A stretch of DNA of 64,000 bases from Macrostomum lignano (Eukaryota), in contig NIVC01000169.1 in assembly GCA_002269645.1 (NCBI GenBank), positions 186,001 to 250,000 on the forward strand. The letters run 5' to 3'. Shown here in pieces: positions 60,801-64,000 of the stretch (position 1 is its first letter; each line of letters begins with the position of its first letter). The notes beneath the pieces were generated by a model. That model did not search any database and was not told the DNA's origin. It saw only the letters and a list, made by a program, of their open reading frames with translations. A program made the position numbers and the translations under genes.

Positions 60801-62424
60801 GCAAAGATTTTTCTGGGTCATCACTCAGTAACCCCTCGCCGGCTCCCCCAACTCCGACCTCAGGCTCAACGCTACGAAGCGGCTTCGACAATCTACGGTC
60901 CTCACACGCTGTCAGCCTACGTGGATCAATTTGGCAAGCTAGCCAGGGCCTTGGCAACCAACGCGTCCGTGGATTCCGGACCTCCGGTGCCCAACCTGTA
61001 CAACAAGATCAAGAGCTATTCGTTCATTACGCCTATTGTTTACGACTCTGTTGGCATCGGCCGAAATTTTGGAGACGTTGTGACTCAACCCAAGGTCGCC
61101 TATCGGCCTGTAGGTTGCTCGACTTTTAATATTGTTGTTTTCTTCAAAAACTCAAGCGCAGTCTTAACGTTTTGCAACTTGTGTAGGCATCCGAAATAGA
61201 AAGTCACAGTTAGTGAATTAGTATGAGTCACAGAGGGCACCCCTGCAAATTAAGGCCACAATTGATCCGCAGCTAGTGAGGAGGCAGGCAGTCATGCAAG
61301 AACACCCGCACGGATAAATACGCAGGCGCACTCTCCCACTACTGAGTGTACAGCTGTCCTTACCTTATCATCATCTATCTGGCATGTACACTCTCTGAGC
61401 CGCTGGAATTTGTTCTCATTGGTGTGAATTACACAACAAGCCACAGGTCCAAACCCGGGGATCGAACCCGCACAACAAGCCACAGGTCCAGACCCGGGGA
61501 TCAAGCTAGCACAACAAGCCACGGGTCCAGACCCGGGGATCAAACTTGCACAACAAGCTTACAAGTCCAGACCCAGGGATCGAACCTAGCAGGTACTTTA
61601 GAGCTACATTAAATCTGAGCGACTCTGCTCATGAAATGAACAGTAAAATGTATCTATTGTTGCGCTTGTATCCTACTGAAACTACACCCTACATCACTCT
61701 GTCTCAGGGTGACACCGTGTCCGCCAGCTTCCGCACTGGGCATCCGCGAAACAACATGATGCTTGGCGGCAGTTTCATGATGGTGCAGCGGAAGAACAGC
61801 TCAGGAGACTGGGAGGAAATCTGCAACGACGCATGCGTGGAGACCAGGTAACGCAACTATAAAAGGCTTTTCTTCGCTGACACCTGTCTGTTGAAATGAA
61901 TTTCGGGTTTTCCGAGACGTGTGCTGTTATCAGACTCGCTTCAAGAGCAACTCGACGCGGCGCACTCTGACAGATCAGACTGACTTGTCCAAGCGACCTG
62001 TTTGCATCGTTGACGACTCCAGCTGGCAATTCTGCCGCTGTTCTGACTCAATTTTGATGTTTCTGCAGTTCCTTATTTAATAAATGAAATCGCATTCCTC
62101 AGACCATAAGGGACACCATCTGCTAGACAGATACAAGTAAGGCCACATATACGCATCCCGCACCGCAGATTCCGCTGGCAGAGAACCAACGCTCTCCTCG
62201 GTCACAGCCTAGCGCACCTGGACTGGGACATTCCGAGCTGCGCGCGGCCCGGCACCTACCGCCTGCTGCACACCGGCTGGTACAAGCCCGTGCTGCTCTG
62301 GCAGAAACCGCGCCAATTCAGCGGCGCTACGCGCGAATTTCAAGTCAAGAGCAGCAGTGCCAGACAGGCCACAGGCCAGGTTCGAGATGTGATCAACGAC
62401 ATGTTCGGTTCTGGATGCAATTAG
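51872..62424 (+). CDS. ASAH2: Neutral/alkaline non-lysosomal ceramidase, 730 aa
   Basis: Exons 51872-52024, 53752-53898, 55378-55554, 55910-56452, 59255-59554, 60193-60423, 60864-61109, 61708-61847 and 62169-62424 total 2193 nt in frame. Motifs: N-terminal hydrophobic signal, GVADITGP, MGYA, HTHSGPGG, RSP, WFPVH, EGDVSPN, AAGTTDGPG, PGEFTTMSGRR, QRYEAASTIYGPHTL. Confidence 0.93.
52116..52404 (+). mobile_element. SINE family A in ceramidase intron 1
   Basis: Head, CORE and 3' part match the other copies. Confidence 0.88.
52900..53197 (-). mobile_element. SINE family B copy with the best preserved tRNA-like head
   Basis: Minus strand GGCCGTAGCCCAGCGGTAGCGC...GACCCAGGCTCGATTCC shows Pol III A and B boxes, followed by the family body. 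Confidence 0.7.
53948..55235. repeat. 28/27-bp tandem repeat ggtgcagtcaccagtctagagaggggtt in ceramidase intron 2, with a 444-bp internal duplication
   Basis: Period 28. The rare gtgacc...gaggagtggtgcattcacc variant occurs at 53956 and 54400. Confidence 0.96.
56670..56990 (-). repeat. 55-bp stop-codon-seeded array of SABATH copy 2 (~5-6 units)
   Basis: Reverse complement of the 42548-43446 unit. Confidence 0.95.
56933..58634 (-). CDS. SABATH-family methyltransferase, copy 2, 363 aa, nested antisense in ceramidase intron 4
   Basis: Exons 58634-58215 and 57604-56933. Eight amino-acid differences from copy 1. Lies entirely inside ceramidase intron 56453-59254. Confidence 0.9.
58834..59200 (+). 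mobile_element. SINE family B (tRNA-like head, ~350 bp), representative copy
   Basis: Head ggtaaagcgcgtctgactctcgcg...gtttgattt, body tgacgattagaaagtcagggccctgtacaccctgagtgagcgtgtgtatgag, ATT-rich tail. Related copies at ~55562-55840(+), 52900-53197(-), 53345-53700(-), 18120-18375(-), 50390-50580(-), 11330-11430(-), 32480-32680(-) and 61290-61450(-). Confidence 0.75.
59800..60052 (+). mobile_element. SINE family A composite: inverted 3' fragment (59800-59863) fused to a forward copy
   Basis: attacatctgctgtaatggacagatgtgcaaccgacagcttagccgc is the reverse complement of the family 3' end. It abuts the B box of a forward copy. Confidence 0.8.
61432..61590. repeat. 39-bp tandem repeat (cacaacaagccacaggtccagacccggggatc...), 4 units, ceramidase intron 7
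   Basis: Starts at 61432, 61471, 61510 and 61549. Confidence 0.9.
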
Positions 62425-64000
62425 ACGTTTATGTTGAGCTTTTGGTTCGACCCTCAGATACTACAAAATTAGATTGGGCCACTGGGGCACATTTGCTTGG
62501 CATTATACAGCTGGCCCTACTTTCAGCTCAGTAGCAAGTAAGAATTAAAAAGCTATTTTATGAAAATAGAGGCGATTGGAGTTGACTTGTAGACGTAAAC
62601 AGCACTAGCCAGCCACAGTGAAAATGTTCGGGGCAGCTTCAAGGTAAAACACCGATATTTGTGTGGCGGAAAGACGCGGTCGGGGGAGTTATGCTACACC
62701 AGAAGCCTAAACTACATTAAAATACTTATGCGACACTTTCTACTGAACTGAAAGTAGCTTATACGCACATTTTGCTGAGTGGCCCATCTGGTTATTCTTA
62801 TAGTATCTGTTGTTCGACCTCTGCTTCTCTATTAAAAATAAAAAAACAGTTAAGTTTCCTTTCGTTTCACTGCGGCGGCAGGAATTTGAATTGATAATAA
62901 AATTCCGTTCCGTTCGAGGAAGGCTTGCTTCGATTGCAAAATTTCAGAAGCAAAAAAAATATCTTTGCTTAATTTTCTTTTAAAAAGAAGTAGTAAAATA
63001 TCTTAAAATTATACCAGGCTATCCTGGTATCTAACATTTAACATCTAACATTTAGATCCTAACAACGCGCAAAGCTTATCTAGTTCATCAACATCCATAT
63101 AGCGTGCCTAATATAATCAGATATCCAACATAAGATGTATGTTACTAATTATCGCAGAACAATGCAGTTACCATGCAGAGTTCTAACTGGGCTTGGGGAG
63201 TCACGCCGGAAGTTGTCTGCGGAGTCACCCGCTCGTTGGCTTATGGCCGTAATGTCATGAGCATAAAGCTAATATGTTGGGTGAACTACAAGTTCGCACT
63301 TTCAGTCTGAAAGAAGATTCGAGTTTCGAAAATTCTATATATATGACTATTGTTATAAACTTTTTGTAATTTTGAAAGAGAGCAATATGATCAGATAGAT
63401 CACGGTCCTTTGTATTCCCGAACACAGAAAACAACGATAATTTATTGTTGATTTGCCTGCATCGTGTTAAAATCCAATTCTCGTTTTTTATTCAACGCAG
63501 TTAGGATTTCTATTTGCATTGTAGTACACCCCTAAATTATGCAGCTCTGAGCTCTGTAGCTTTTTTGATCGCCAATTTAAATTTGCCCTAGATGCACTAG
63601 ATTAAACAGATTTATAACTTAAGAAAGGAAATCTGCAAAAAGTGATCTATAGGCCTATCAGAAATATATTCGAGCCTTTTCATAACGTCACCAGACTTAG
63701 CGAAGGCAAAATACGAGACTGCAAGATTTTATTTAATCCTGAGAGCGATAAACATATCTTATTATTATTTAACCATATGAATTCAAGTCTAAGAAAAAGC
63801 CGAAGTTTTCGAGGGTTATTTAACCTTTTTATTAAACTGTTGGTTTTAATTAAAAACGCTTAAAAGTAAATTAGCTATCTGGGTTTTACTCTTTGTAAAA
63901 CATCATTTGAAGTTAAATATCAAGTGTTTGTTAATCTATACTACGTTGTCATAGAAGTTGTAGACGCATCGTTTAAAGTGCATTCAAAATGAAGAGGTCG

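Overview
Eukaryotic (metazoan) genomic DNA with GC-rich spliced exons, AT-rich spacers and introns packed with locus-specific minisatellites. This architecture suggests a flatworm such as Macrostomum, but that is inference only. From left to right: (1) a decayed BEL/Pao gag-protease fragment enclosed by a ~173-bp inverted repeat pair; (2) an intact, very young 4.3-kb Ty3/Gypsy retrotransposon inserted in the (ATT)n tail of a CORE-type SINE; (3) a 2.7-kb 14/17-mer satellite with higher-order structure; (4) three tandem 7-exon SLC43-family transporter paralogues on the minus strand, one broken by a solo-LTR-like insert and a frameshift, with a dead mariner between copies 2 and 3; (5) a 4-exon TTLL5 tubulin polyglutamylase; (6) a small family of SABATH (plant-type SAM-dependent carboxyl/N-methyltransferase) genes: two intact near-identical copies, one nested antisense in a ceramidase intron, plus a divergent orphan exon; (7) an intronless Rho-family GTPase; (8) a 9-exon neutral ceramidase. 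Two SINE families and more than 15 unrelated tandem arrays fill the gaps. The most notable signals are the animal SABATH cluster and its odd duplication architecture (stop-codon-seeded 55-bp array, homology starting 9 bp before the ATG, inversion junction). All exon coordinates were derived by hand from GT/AG sites and frame continuity.
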